Positions 52,095 through 64,000 of a stretch of 64,000 nucleotides of DNA are shown here, piece after piece; the stretch's first letter is position 1, and the number at the start of each line of letters is the position of its first letter. The notes beneath the pieces are model-generated. The model searched no databases and was not told where the DNA came from. It was given only the letters and a program-made list of their open reading frames with translations. The position numbers and the translations under genes were made by a program. This stretch comes from Chiloscyllium plagiosum (Eukaryota): positions 11,655,712 to 11,719,711 of the forward strand of contig NC_057728.1 in assembly GCF_004010195.1 (NCBI RefSeq). Reading direction: 5' to 3'.

Positions 52095-52611
52095 TGTGGG
52101 AGATTAGAAATGTTGTTTTTGCAGGTGGGGGGTAGGGGTGGGGTGTTAATTCTTGTAGCATGTAGCATACTTAAGGCTAAGACTTTAATGAATATAGAGG
52201 GTCTTTTAAAGAAAATAGTTTTAAGCTAGGAAATAACTTTAAAGGGTTGTAGCTGACCACAAAAAGAAGCAGCAAGAGCATTTCACAATAAAGCTTATAG
52301 TATGATAAGAGAAACTGCATTAAAGAACAAGCTGTAACAAACAAGGAACAAAGAATGCAGACAAGGACAGCAGGGTGGCCAGATAAGAAAATAACTAACA
52401 AGTGAGGTAATCGGCTTATGTTAGGATGGGAAAAGGGAGGCTTGATTCCTCAACTTGTAAATTAAATAAGAATGCTAACAGGCTCTGTTTTTGTGCGCAT
52501 TTCTGCTTGATTGCAGAAGCGTCTGGTTCTTGCAAGACTGTAATAAATTGTTCTTATTTCCAAGGCTTTGTCTCAGGCTGATTGATTTGTGAGTGAGTTC
52601 TGTTTCTCGCA
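52095..52611 (+). repeat. 3' LTR (517 bp)
   Basis: Direct repeat of the 5' LTR with one 3-nt indel and about 14 substitutions by manual comparison. Confidence 0.95.
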
Positions 52612-52690
52612 TTGTTAGCTTAACCATTCCAAAAGACACTTGATGGAGTTATACAGCTCTTCAAGTTACCTAATGAACTAACACATTAGG

Positions 52691-53850
52691 TGTTACGACC
52701 AGATCCCAGATGAGCTTCCCTAATTTGTTACAATCCCAAACTTGATCCCTCAAGTTATGAACTCCTGGGTGAGGAAGGATGAACTGGCTCACTGTGGTCA
52801 TTCACCTGCCCCATTGATGCATGCAAAGTTACTTTTAAACGGACCCCTTCACTCCCAGACACAAAACAAACTTGTGTTTTTAAAAATGCTAATTTAATCA
52901 GGTTTTCTTGATGTAAAAAAAAGAGTGAGATTATCTACTAAGTGTGAGAAGAACTGCTAACACAAAACATGTGTGCAAAAATCATAAATAAGAGGCCAGG
53001 CCAAACAGAAAGAAGTTTTCAAAAAAAATACGTAGAACCCATAGATCCATAGATTCGGTTTCCGTGGTTTCAGTTATCTGCAGTTTACTGCTGCACAAAA
53101 AATATTACATTGAACATTCCAGAAATAATTTCATGAGGCTGCCGGGAGGTAAATTTCTCATTTAAATGATAGGGTTCGCTAATAGGGTCTTGGAATGTAT
53201 CACCCGTGGATACAGGAGACACCCATATACAGATCAGTCTTTGTATGGATTGTTGAACATTGCAGATATTGCAGTGGAGGTGACAAGTAGTGTTGACAAT
53301 TGTAGTTGAACAGTCAATTTCAAGATTTCTGGCTTTGCAGGTTGACTGAAACTCTTTGTCCTGATTAATTTCAGTATCACTTGGTATGAGAGAGAATCTT
53401 TTCCCTTTTATTTCACCTCTAGTGCAGGAGTATTTTAAATGTCTGTTCTCAGAGCCATGACTCTCACAGCATACTTATCCACGCACCTGGATGTCAGACC
53501 ACTGACACAGATTATTGTTGCAATTGATTTGCCATCAGTTTTTTTGCATATTTCTTGAAGGCCAAAACACAAATATTCTGCAAGTGTTAGTTTTCTGTTA
53601 GGAATGGAGAAGATAGTCAGCTCCGTCATTATTTTTTGTGCTACCTCCCTCTCTCTCCTTGTTTGAAATTTCCCTGACATTCTACAGGCATGACATTCCA
53701 TAGGTTGCATACTGGGGTTTGGCAGCGAGCTACTGAATTTACATATGCGGTCCTTTTGTGCCTCAGCAGATTTTTTTAAAGAACATATTTTGAAGCTATA
53801 AGTTAACAAGGTCCATGGTGCTTCAGCCATTGTGACTCATCGTTGTAACA
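52691..53850. mobile_element. Solo LTR (Gypsy-type)
   Basis: Inverted termini TGTTACGAC...GTTGTAACA and an exact TAGG TSD (52687-52690 and 53851-53854). Confidence 0.8.
53029..53229. mobile_element. MER8/Tigger-like MITE nested in the solo LTR
   Basis: tttccgtggtttcagttatc...ggtcttggaatgtatcacccgtggata resembles recalled MER8-type termini. Confidence 0.6.
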
Positions 53851-55406
53851 TAGGACAGATTTCAAACAACCTACACTCTCAGTACGATATTTTGTGCATT
53901 GCAAGAGATCAGCTAATCCTGTGGGGTCAGCTGACCTCTTTTACCCAAAAAGTTAGCGATTACTTCTCACAACATCCAAAGTCTGAGCTGAAAATGCAAC
54001 TTTAGTAAACCCCATCCAGTTCAGCGCAGATTGTTTATATTGCACAGGATTAAGTGAAACTGCATTGAACATTTTAACCATGGCCATTGGTAAAAAGTTA
54101 GACAATTAACACTCTGACAGCAAACCTGGGAGCCATTTCCAGTCAAAAACCTTCTTGCTAGAAGTTTATTAATAATACATTCAGTTTAAAAAAAATTGTG
54201 TTCTGACGTAATCACTAACATCTCACACAGACGTTGTTTAGGCCACTGATACCTAAATACTGCGATGTTACATTCCTGAGGCCCTCATGAAGATGAAGAT
54301 GAAGCACAGATATATCAACCACAATGATGGACACGAATGGTGAAAACTTTTATGCCCACGTCATCTCATTCTGATGCAGTTTTTGATACTATTTCTTTAC
54401 CTTGCTGCTTCTTAAGTGAAGCCAGAGTCCTGGCCTTAGCAATGATTCTTTTGTATGAAAGACCATTTCATCACCAGAACCCTGTACTGAACTTCCATCT
54501 TCTTACTTCTGTGAAGACTATTTTTCCGTCATTGCTTTCTCCATGAGATCGGTTTCTTCCCTGCTCTCTCTTTTCAAGGCCGAAGCATAACACTTCATGT
54601 AATTGTTCCTCACAGTTCAAGCCCATAACATGAGCAACCAGCCTGGATACCCTTTTGTGCACCACTTGAATGGGAGCCAAATGATTTCTTCATAACTTGA
54701 ATGCAATACTTCAGTATACAATATTTCAGTTATAGCTTAATCAGACGACTGATTAAACTTCAGGATATTAGCATAAAATCGCAACTCGTGGAATTGATAA
54801 TTAAGGAGAAGCAGCTCAGATATAAACAAGGAAAACAGAAAGTGCTGGAAATACTCAGCAGGTTCTGGCAACATTTGAGGAGAGGCAAACAGAATTAATA
54901 GCCCAGATATTCTGACAGGAATTCTGCAGGAATTGGCTGGGAGGTTGAATTTTCTAATGGGCAATTTCTCTGGTATTTGGAACTCTCTTTAAGAGTCAAG
55001 AGAAGTTGGAAAATTTGAAGAGTTGCGAGTCACTTAAGCTTAATAGTTAGCCAGAGAGAGCCGCTTACTGAACTTGCAATCTCTCTCTCCCTCTCTCAGA
55101 ATGTAACAGTCATTGAGGGGGGTTGCTGCAAGGTAATGTGGGTGAAAAAAAGGGAGGGGAGCATGGGGAGACACGAGAAAAGGATATAAATTGATGAATA
55201 CCTCAGATTCTGCTTCTGTACACATCCTAATTACTCCATGTCTGCAAAGGCACTATGTGGCAGCAACAACTAGTAAAGGAGCTAGTGAGAATGAAAAAAC
55301 ATCCCTGGGAAACCCAAACTCCGAAAGGCAAAGGCAACTCCTTTTGTTTTGTTAGGGTTATCAGGAGAGAACAAAAAGTGGCTTATTACACAAGTGGCTA
55401 TCTTAC

Positions 55407-55543
55407 CTGGTTACTGATAATGGAGGCAAAGAGGAAGCGGCCAGCAAAACCAAAGGAGTAAACCTTCGTGAGAAGTGTTCTAGATGTTTTTCCAAAATCT
55501 GTTGTCTTCTTCAGTTCCAGTACCCCTCTTTCGTTTTTATCAT
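55407..55543 (-). CDS. SORT1: Sortilin coding exon (about human exon 8), Vps10p beta-propeller
   Basis: tttgcag|...|gtaaga boundaries, 137 nt, phase 1 to 0. Translates DKNERGVLELKKTTDFGKTSRTLLTKVYSFGFAGRFLFASIISNQ, matching sortilin [35 protein letters not shown]. Confidence 0.93.
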
Positions 55544-56183
55544 CTGCAAAGTAACATCAAGGTGTTTAATCATTGGACAACTGAATGGTGTTTGGAAAAC
55601 ATTTCATTCATGTATATTTATTTCTGACATTATACATTTTTTAAAAATTAAGATTAATCTATAGGCTTGATTCTCTTAGGAATTGGATGCATAGCGAACA
55701 AAGAATACATTGGATTCAAAACTTAATTCTAGTGCCTGTGTCAAGGACAAATTGCATCCTTTCATTCTCACATAGAGGCTTCTTATCACTGGAATCCCAG
55801 ATATGCTTTAGAGGAACCACATCTGTTAGCTTAGGTCTGAATATCCTGACAGATGGACATCGCTAACTACATTGGATGCATTGGACAGCACAAGGTTCTA
55901 AAACTACCTTCTAAAAACACAAATGAATGTGTATCAATTTCTATCTTTGTGATCTTTACTGAAGGTAAATAAATAACATTAATACAATATTATCACTGTA
56001 ATGGGGAAATTATTCAAATTGAATCCAGTTTTACAAAATAGTTCTGAAACATACAAGTCAGAAATAAATAATTGTTTTCAAGTTTCATTTAACAAGACTG
56101 ACATACATGGTTAGAAAATACCTACCGATTACCTTTAAAATATACCCACCCATTAATTTGACTCATCCAGCTCATTTAAACTC

Positions 56184-57273
56184 TGTAGCCTCTCAATAGG
56201 AAGACAGCTTGGGGCAGGGTGACACTAGGCACACGGACACACAAGATGGCCACTGAGCCATTAGTTGGCCAACTTGACACACAAGATGGCCGCTGGATCA
56301 CAATATGAAAAGAAATAGCAGAGGAGATACAGACACTGCCTGGGGCCACCAGAATACCAGCACAATGCACTCACAACCCAGTTGATTAGTTTAAAGGTGG
56401 GTGGGGGACAGAATACACATGAGTAACGAAGTGTGCCCGAAATGTCTGCGTCCAGCCAACATAACACCTTTTATAGAAATGCTAACACTTTGATACAGAC
56501 TCAATACAAAATGCTAATAGCCATGGCTGCAGTAATCGTCCTTCTCAGGAAGAGCGATTAGCGCCCATTACTACAACAATGGATTTCCGTGCAGATATTG
56601 AAACTGACAATGTCTACACTGAAACAGACAATGACCACGCGGAAATTACCAAAGGCTGTGCTGGAACTGACAAAGGCTGTATCAAAACTATCAATGATTC
56701 TGTAATGATTGCGATAAACTAACCATATTACAAAGACAATAATCTTATCACTGACCTATTGTATCACAAGATGTATAAAAGTTTCTTGACATGTGCTCTG
56801 GGTCAAGAGAAGATTAGATTATATTCCCTACAGCATGGAAGCAGGCCCTTCGGCGCAGCAAGTCCACGCCAACCATCCGAAGAGTAACCCACCCAGACCA
56901 ATTCTCCTACCCTATACTTACCCCCGACTAATGCAGCTAACACTATGGGCAATTTAGCATAGCCAATTCACCTAACCTGCACATCTTTGAACTGTGGGAG
57001 GAAACCGGAGTACCCAGAGGAAACCCATGCAGACACAGGGAGAATGTGCAAACTTCACACAGATAGTCACCCAAGGCTGGAATCAAACCTGGGTCCCTGG
57101 CGCTGTGATGCAGCAGTGCTAACCACTGAGCCACCATGCTATCCCAGACTCGCAGCTGACCACAGTGCTGTTGGTGTCTTTCTCTCCCCAGAGCTCCGTT
57201 ATTTCCTTGTGCAATAAACTCTGTCATTGAATTCCAATTCTGACTCCGAGACTGGTGCTTTTCCCCCACAACA
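56184..57273 (+). mobile_element. Probable solo LTR interrupted by an HE1 SINE
   Basis: TGT...CCCACAACA termini; TATAAAA near 56774; AATAAA near 57213; duplicated gacacacaagatggcc; imperfect TSD actc / cctc. Confidence 0.5.
56813..57140 (-). mobile_element. HE1-type SINE
   Basis: Reverse-strand copy nested in the probable solo LTR. Confidence 0.86.
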
Positions 57274-57449
57274 CCTCCAAGATCATGTAAGACTGAAGCC
57301 ATGGACCTCTCTTATTTAGTTTCTCTGGCAGTGGAATATCATTTAAGTAAACAATCTCACCTTGCCAGTTAGAAAGTGTAATCTTCAAAATATTAGCAAT
57401 TCTGAGTGTTCAGAATTAATATATCATTACTATTACATCATTTTTCATA

Positions 57450-57725
57450 TAAAGGGTCATCAATTTAAGACTGAGATGAGGAGAAATTTCTTCTCAGAGG
57501 GTCGATAGCCTTTGGAATACCTTGCCATAGACAGATCTGGGGCAGAGTACTTGTTAACATTTAAAGTGGAGATGATAAGAGTCTTAATCAGTAGGGGAAT
57601 CAAGGGCTACAGGGGAAAAATTACAGTTAAGTTGATATTAGACTGCCACATCTGCCATGATCTTATCGAATGGCAGAGCAGGTTTGAGGGGCCGAATGGC
57701 TTTCTCCTGTTCCTATTTCTGGATG
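57450..57725 (+). mobile_element. Old CR1 LINE 3' end
   Basis: gagatgaggagaaatttcttctcagagggt...gagcaggtttgaggggccgaatggc. Confidence 0.65.
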
Positions 57726-59039
57726 CTCTTATTCACAACTTATTCTTGTTAGCGAATACATCAAATTTTGTGCAAGAATGAAGAGTTTTTCAGTTTTAGA
57801 CCCACGGGCAGCTCTGTTGTCACCACATTCACCCTTTCAAAATTGTACAATTAGTAAACTTCTAACTCATAGTTTGCTATTTTCCAATGAGCAATAAAAA
57901 AAAGTGCCATGTAAACTATTTGTCAATCCTATAGACAAGTAATTAAAGTTAATCTCAGACTGAGCTTCAATAATCTGGACAGACTGATGCACTTTGTTTG
58001 GTACGATCTATCTGTCGTGCACGCAAAAACAACACTTTTCATTGTATCTTGGTATGTGATAATAATAAATCATATTAATCTGGATTTACAATGAATGCCA
58101 ACACACACAACAAACAGACGCATTTGATGGAGTAATGCTTTAAAATCTCGATTCTCTCCCACAAATTTGAAAATGTCATATCTTTTATTAAGTGCTGAAC
58201 AGAATGGATGAAGATACATTTTTGATGTTCTTTCATACAAGTCAAGCCACAAAATCTAATTTTCAGAATCCAAAGGATGTAACAAAGTCATATATAAAGT
58301 TCCAGGAACTAGCAGGAAAATAAACAACCAAAATATCAAAACATAGAAACTGGAAAAATACAGTATGGTGCAGAGGTGGAAAGAAGTGACTGGAGAGAGA
58401 AATTTGGAAAACAAATCTCTTTATTTCAGAGTCATAAGTACACACACTTTTCACTTTCTATTTTCAATACAAATGTACATATATCTATACTGGAAGAGCA
58501 AAAGAAAAAGCATTATTACATAAAATATCTTTTATCTTCACAAGAGCTTCAATCACTGCTGGATTTCAGTGCCATTGGATAATTGTGATTCTAAAAACAA
58601 GATAATCATTACAGTGACACACATTAATTATCATTGTCTCTTTGCATCACTGTGTCAAGGATCTAAAAAAAGCTTTGAGCTTCAAAAGGATTCTCCATTC
58701 TGTATCATGGGTGGACAGGGAGAAGCACATCAAGCTGAGCAACAGTTGCACAGTAATTGTGAAAATCATTCTGATGACTAAAGTGGGTGCTTGGAGCAGT
58801 TCAGACACTGGCTTCTGACTTTGCAGCAGTGAGCAACTTCTTAATGTGCAAGGTAAATTTGCAACTGCATATCTGTATGTTTTCAGATTGTACACTGACC
58901 TGGATATCACTACTGTTTCAGAAGTTGGCATATGACACCAACCAATCGGCTGTCTAAACAGTGACTAAACCTGGTCTCATGTAGTCTACACCTCCGGCAG
59001 CCCAGTCAGGATCAGGCAGTGGACAAATAGTTTGGTCTC

Positions 59040-59390
59040 TTTTTCGTGAAACGTAAGGCGTCCATCAATTTTTCTCCATTCTAAATAGGTCATTTCACAG
59101 AGCAGTTAAGAGCCAACCACATTACCGTGGATCTGATGTGGCATGGAGTCAAAATCAGATTAGGACAGCAGATTTCCTTCTGAGCAGGACATTAGAGAAC
59201 CAGATGAATGTTTTATGTCAATTGATGGCAGTTTCACAGTCACCATCATTGAGATGAGCTTTCAATTCCACATTTTATTAACCAAATTTAAATTCCACTA
59301 GCTGCTTGGAGGACTTTAAGCCCATAGGCCCAGAACAATAGCCTGGGTCTCTGGAATTTACTTCACTGACATTACCATTATGTCACCATC
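59040..59390 (-). mobile_element. tRNA-derived SINE, second family
   Basis: Similar to 2281-2585. The head ggtaatgtca also appears at about 10450-10640 (+). Confidence 0.65.
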
Positions 59391-60732
59391 AAAAGGGTGA
59401 GGGCACAAGTCCTAACTTGCCATTGTTGGCAGCATCTAAAGACTTTGCAATCTTCTCAGACACTAATTCTTTCAGGGATGAATTCAACAGATTTTCGACA
59501 TGGAAGAAGAAGATCCATCTGTCAAAACACAAATGAAGAAATTTTATTAGCTCCATTTGAAACACAGCAAATGTAGGAGGACTCTTGCAGAAAAGCACCA
59601 AATAATTTAACGGAACAATGTGGGTAGGGGGACCTGCAAATCATCAAGTTAATTCCACCAACTGAAGTGTGGTCGAACTCTCATAGCTAACTTCCAATCC
59701 CAAACCAGTTAGTAAATTTTATGTCAGAGGAGAATCATGTTTGATTGGTACCAGTGTCAATATGGGAACACTCTGGATTCAGGAAACACCAACTCAGGAA
59801 AGAGAAAGTTAGAAAAGGCAGCAGTAGTAAGTTGATCAGAGGCTAGCCTACACCATCCAGTAAACATCCTTTCTTAAGAAGGCTGTCACTGAGGGGATGT
59901 AACAAGCCAAGAACCTGCGGATCGATCCCCATGTACTCCCATAACGTAACCATGGAAGGTTTTCCCCCCCAGCATTCAGATCATTGGTCAGAATGGAAGC
60001 TAAAACTGAAAGAGTTCCCATGATTATTTCCTGCTCCCTCCTCACTTCCCTATCCTCAGAAGTCATGGGCTCCACTTGGAACAGGCAGAATTTTCACTCA
60101 CCATAAACACCAAAAGGGTCTCTGGGTGAGCTCCCATGTCCTGGCTCTTCCCTAGGTTTTGGCCTCCACAGACCTGTCTCTTTCAGGGTCTGCCTCCCAT
60201 CTCAATGCCAGTGGCCCCAAGGTTCTTTGCAGTCAGAATACGTTTCACATGTTTTCACAAATTTGCAAACTAATCTTTACCAAGTTGATTTGTCATAGTA
60301 TTTACATAATGTTCCAACTGTAAAGGACAACAGTTAATAGAAATAAGATGCACATTTCTCACTTACCAGAGAATTCTAATCATGAGGGATAATATTGCCT
60401 TTATCCAGATTTGATGATGATGTGCTCAGGCCAACTTTAGTCCATTCTTAAATATAAAAGCTTCTTGGCTTCTTCACTGTAATGTGCCATCAACTTTGAT
60501 CATTGTTGCTCTCTCTTTGATAAGTGGAAATGCTTTAAACCTGCTTCACGAAATCTTGGAAGCTGTGTTGACTGCAGGCATAATCAATGCTCAAGGTTTC
60601 ATTTGCACTCGAGAGCATTCTTTATACAAGAAAAGGCATCTTAACACTTGACTTGAACAAATATTTCTGCTTCAGAAACGTATCATATTTGCACTGGCTT
60701 TGCACTTCATTTTTGACCCATCACCAACATTG

Positions 60733-60894
60733 AGGAGAAAGTGAGGACTGCAGATGCTGGAGATCAGAGCTGAAAATGTGTTGCTGGAAAAGCGCAGCAG
60801 ATCAGGCAGCATCCAAGGAACACAAGAATCGACGTTTCGGGCATAAGCCCTTCCTGAAGAATGCTGCGCTTTTCCAGCAACACATTTTCAGCCT
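60733..60894. mobile_element. Short Penelope-derived inverted-repeat insertion with 12-bp TSD
   Basis: Arm gctgaaaatgtgttgctggaaaagcgcagca is followed by its reverse complement. TSD tcaccaacattg at 60721-60732 and 60895-60906. Confidence 0.8.
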
Positions 60895-61791
60895 TCACCA
60901 ACATTGGCAAGAAATGTCATATTATCTGGTGCAGGCCAATTGCCTCACTTCAACTTATCAAAATAAAATATGCAGATAAAACAATGAATTCAGTGCCACT
61001 GGAGTGAGATTAAGAACATTTATCAGAACATGCAATGTTGCAGCTGTGTGCTAACTGGATCTACCAGAACAAAGTCACCTCAACTCCTTCTATTACCAGT
61101 TTCACCTTTCATGTGCTGACTTTGGCGTCAGTAAAATTCTAGAGGTATTTATAATAATCTACTAGTAACTATACAAGTGCAATTCAGGGCACATTGAAAT
61201 AGGGGAGCAAACTTAAATCGAACAAAGTAATACAATAAAGGCAAAAGTAAACCAGTAATGACCCTGATCAATTTAGTACTGATTTTGACGGGATGTAAAA
61301 GAAGTAGCAGATTTGCTTTTGCATATTTTGTGCCAAGTCAATTTTCAACCTTCCTACATATCAGTGATATTCGATTACCGAGAGTATCAGACACAAGATC
61401 AATCCTGTTTCAATACTGTTCATGCAAAGATGGGGATCATACAATCGTTCGTGTGTGTGTACGTGTGCAGACAAACAAACAACGTGGAACTCAGATGGAC
61501 GAGACCACGTAACAGCTTACAGGGGATCAAGGCTGAGATTGTACAACAACATATACAGCAATGGTAGCATCGGGCCACTGAGAAGGGCTTGTGTAATTCC
61601 TTTATGTCAGGCAACATTGAATATAGTTTCCAACATTTTTCCAAAGAAAACTACCCGGAAGACCCTGACAATGGGCACGTGTATCAAATCATCACAATTA
61701 CATCTGAACCATTGACAGAAACATATTTGTACGGGGTAAAGACAAAAATATAGGGAGAAAAGGCACATACACAGTAGGAGAGAGAAGTAGT

Positions 61792-64000
61792 GAGAACGTA
61801 GAACACAGAATGTTACAGCGCAGTATAGGCCGTTCAGCCCTCGATGTTGCGCCAACCTGTGAAAATAATCTGATGCCCACCGAACCTACACCATTCCGTT
61901 ATTATCCATATGTATGTCCAATGCCCATTTAAATACCATTAACATCAGCGGGTCTACTACTGTTGCAGGCAGGTCGTTGCATGCCCCAACTACTCGGAGT
62001 AAAGAAACTACCCCTGATATCTGTCCTAAATCTATCATCCCTCAATTTAAAGCTATGTCCCCTTGTGTTAGCGTTCACCATCTAAGGAAAAAGGCTCTCA
62101 ATGTCCACCCAATCTAACCCTCTGATTATCTCATATGTCACGATTAAGTCATCTCTCAACCTTCTTCTCTCCAACGAAAACAGCCTCAAGTCCCTTAACC
62201 TTTCCTCGCAAGTCCTTCCTTCCATTCCAGGCCACATCCTAGTAAGTCTCCTCTATACCCTTTCGAAAGCTTCTAATGTGGTGACCAGAACTGTACACAA
62301 TACTCCAGGTGGGGCTTTAACTGTGTGTCGTGTACAGCTGTAGCATGACCTCGTGGCTCCGAGACTCAATCCCCCTACCAACACACCATATGCCTTCTTA
62401 ACAACCATATCAACCTGGGTGGCAACTTTCAGGGATTTATGCACCTGGACACCGAGACCTTTCTGTTCATCTACACTGCCAAGAATCTTACCATTAGCCC
62501 AGTACTCTGCATTCCTGTTACTTCTTCCGAAGTGAACTACCTCACATTTTTCCGCATTAAACTCCATTTGCCACTTCTCAGCCCAGCTCTGCATCTTACC
62601 TATGTCCCTCTGTAACCCACAAGATCCTTTGGCACTATCCAGAACTCTGCCTACCTTAGTGTCATCCACAAATTTACTAACCCATCCTACACCGACATCT
62701 GGATCATTTATAAAAATGACAAATAGTAGTGGCCCCAAAACAGATCCTTGTGGCACACCACTGGTGACTGAGCTCCACGATGAACATTTCCCATCAACCA
62801 CCTTGCTCTGTCTTCTTTCAACTAGCCAATTTCTGATCCAAACCATTATATCACCTTCAATCCTGAAACTGTGTATTTTGTGCAATAGTCTACCGTGTGG
62901 AACCTTATCAAATGCCTTACTGAAGTCCACATACACCACATCAACCACTTTGCCTTCATCCACCTGTTTTATCACCTTCTCGAAGAACTCAATAAGGGTA
63001 CTGAGGCATGACCTACCCTTCACAAAGATGTGTTGACTATCCCTAATCAAACTATTCCTTTCCAGGTGATTATGAATCCTATCTCTTATAACCTTTTCCA
63101 ACACCTTACCCTCAACCGAAGTAATACTCATTGGCCTATAATTACCAGCGTTGTCCCGATTCTCCTTCTTAAATAAGGAAACAACATGCGCTATCCTCCA
63201 GTTTTCTGATATTACTCCTGTCGTCAATGACGACATAAAGATCAAAGCCAAAGGCTCTGCAATCTCCTCCCTGGCTTCCCAGAGAATCAGAGGATAAAGA
63301 CCATCCAGCCCAGAGGTCTTTTCTATTTTCAGATCTTCCAAAATTGCTAAAATCTCCTCTTTGTCAACCGGAATCCCATCTAATCTTGCAGCCTGTATCT
63401 CCATATTCTCACTAACATTGCCCTTTTCCAATGTAAATACTGACGAACAGTATTCATTAAGCGCTTCCCCTCCTCAGATTCTACACAAAACTTCCCACTA
63501 CCACCTTTGATTGGCCCTAAATCTTACTCTAGTCATTCTTTTATTCCTGATATACCTATAGAAGGCCTTCGGGCTTTCCTTGATCCTATCCGCCAACAAG
63601 TTCTCATGTCCTCTCCTGGCTCTTCTCAGCCCTCTCTTTAGATCTTTTATGGCTAACTTATAACTCTCAAGCCCCTTAACTGAACTTTCACACCTCATCC
63701 TCACATAAGCCGCCTTCTTCCGCCTGACAAGAGCTTCAACTTCTTTAGTAAACCATGGCTCCTTCTCTCACCAACTACCTCCCTGCCTGATAGGTATATA
63801 CTTCTCAAGGACCTGCAGTAGCTATTCCTTGTATAAGCTCCACATTTCAAGTGTGTCCATCTGCTGCAGTTTCCTTCCCTGACTCTGCATCCTAAATCTT
63901 GCCTGATCGCATCATAATTGCCTTTCCCCCAGTTATATCCCTTTCCCTACAGTATATACCCATCTCTGTCCATTGCTTTTGTAAACATAACCGAATTGTG
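61792..64000 (-). mobile_element. CR1 LINE ORF2/RT, runs off the window end
   Basis: 392-aa open stretch with [30 protein letters not shown] and KFVDDTK; agaac-type tail near 61792. Confidence 0.92.

Larger units (their letters stand above)
46105..52611 (+). mobile_element. Endogenous retrovirus, class I (gamma/epsilon-type), defective, lacking RT and RNase H
   Basis: Paired TG...CA LTRs, TTGT TSD (46101-46104 and 52612-52615), PBS, gag/pro/IN/env remnants and a PPT. Confidence 0.96.

Noticed and set aside
60281-60317. 37-nt segment with AG/GT boundaries on the minus strand, a possible upstream sortilin exon
   Set aside because: No frame resembles the expected exon 7 peptide (GSDNTIFFTT-like), and 37 nt would break the frame as a cassette exon.
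62253-63431. Longest ORF (392 aa) as a host gene or active RT
   Set aside because: It is a CR1 ORF2 fragment with frameshifts on both sides and a deleted C-terminal region.
1-64000. CRISPR array, prokaryotic operon or rRNA genes
   Set aside because: No regularly spaced repeats or such genes; the sequence is a spliced vertebrate locus.

Overview
This is vertebrate DNA, almost certainly from a shark or ray: it carries HE1-type SINEs, HER1/CR1 LINEs and SacSINE1-like Deu-SINEs. The whole window is the 3' part of a sortilin (SORT1-type, Vps10p-domain) gene on the minus strand. I reconstructed 14 coding exons by hand from 55543 down to the stop at 817; all have GT-AG boundaries and consistent phases, and the 5' exons are inferred to lie beyond 64000. 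The introns hold decayed CR1 LINEs, SINEs, one full-length L1-clade LINE, a Gypsy remnant, solo LTRs, Tigger-like MITEs, and Penelope-derived elements carrying minimal hammerhead-ribozyme motifs. The most notable element is a 6.5-kb class I (gamma/epsilon-type) endogenous retrovirus at 46105-52611, antisense to the gene. It has paired LTRs, a 4-bp TSD, a tRNA-Pro PBS, gag, protease, integrase and env, but RT and RNase H are cleanly missing and protease is fused in frame to integrase. Two N-gaps (35849-36055, 47145-47297) limit interpretation. No database searches were run; family names and human exon comparisons come from recalled motifs.
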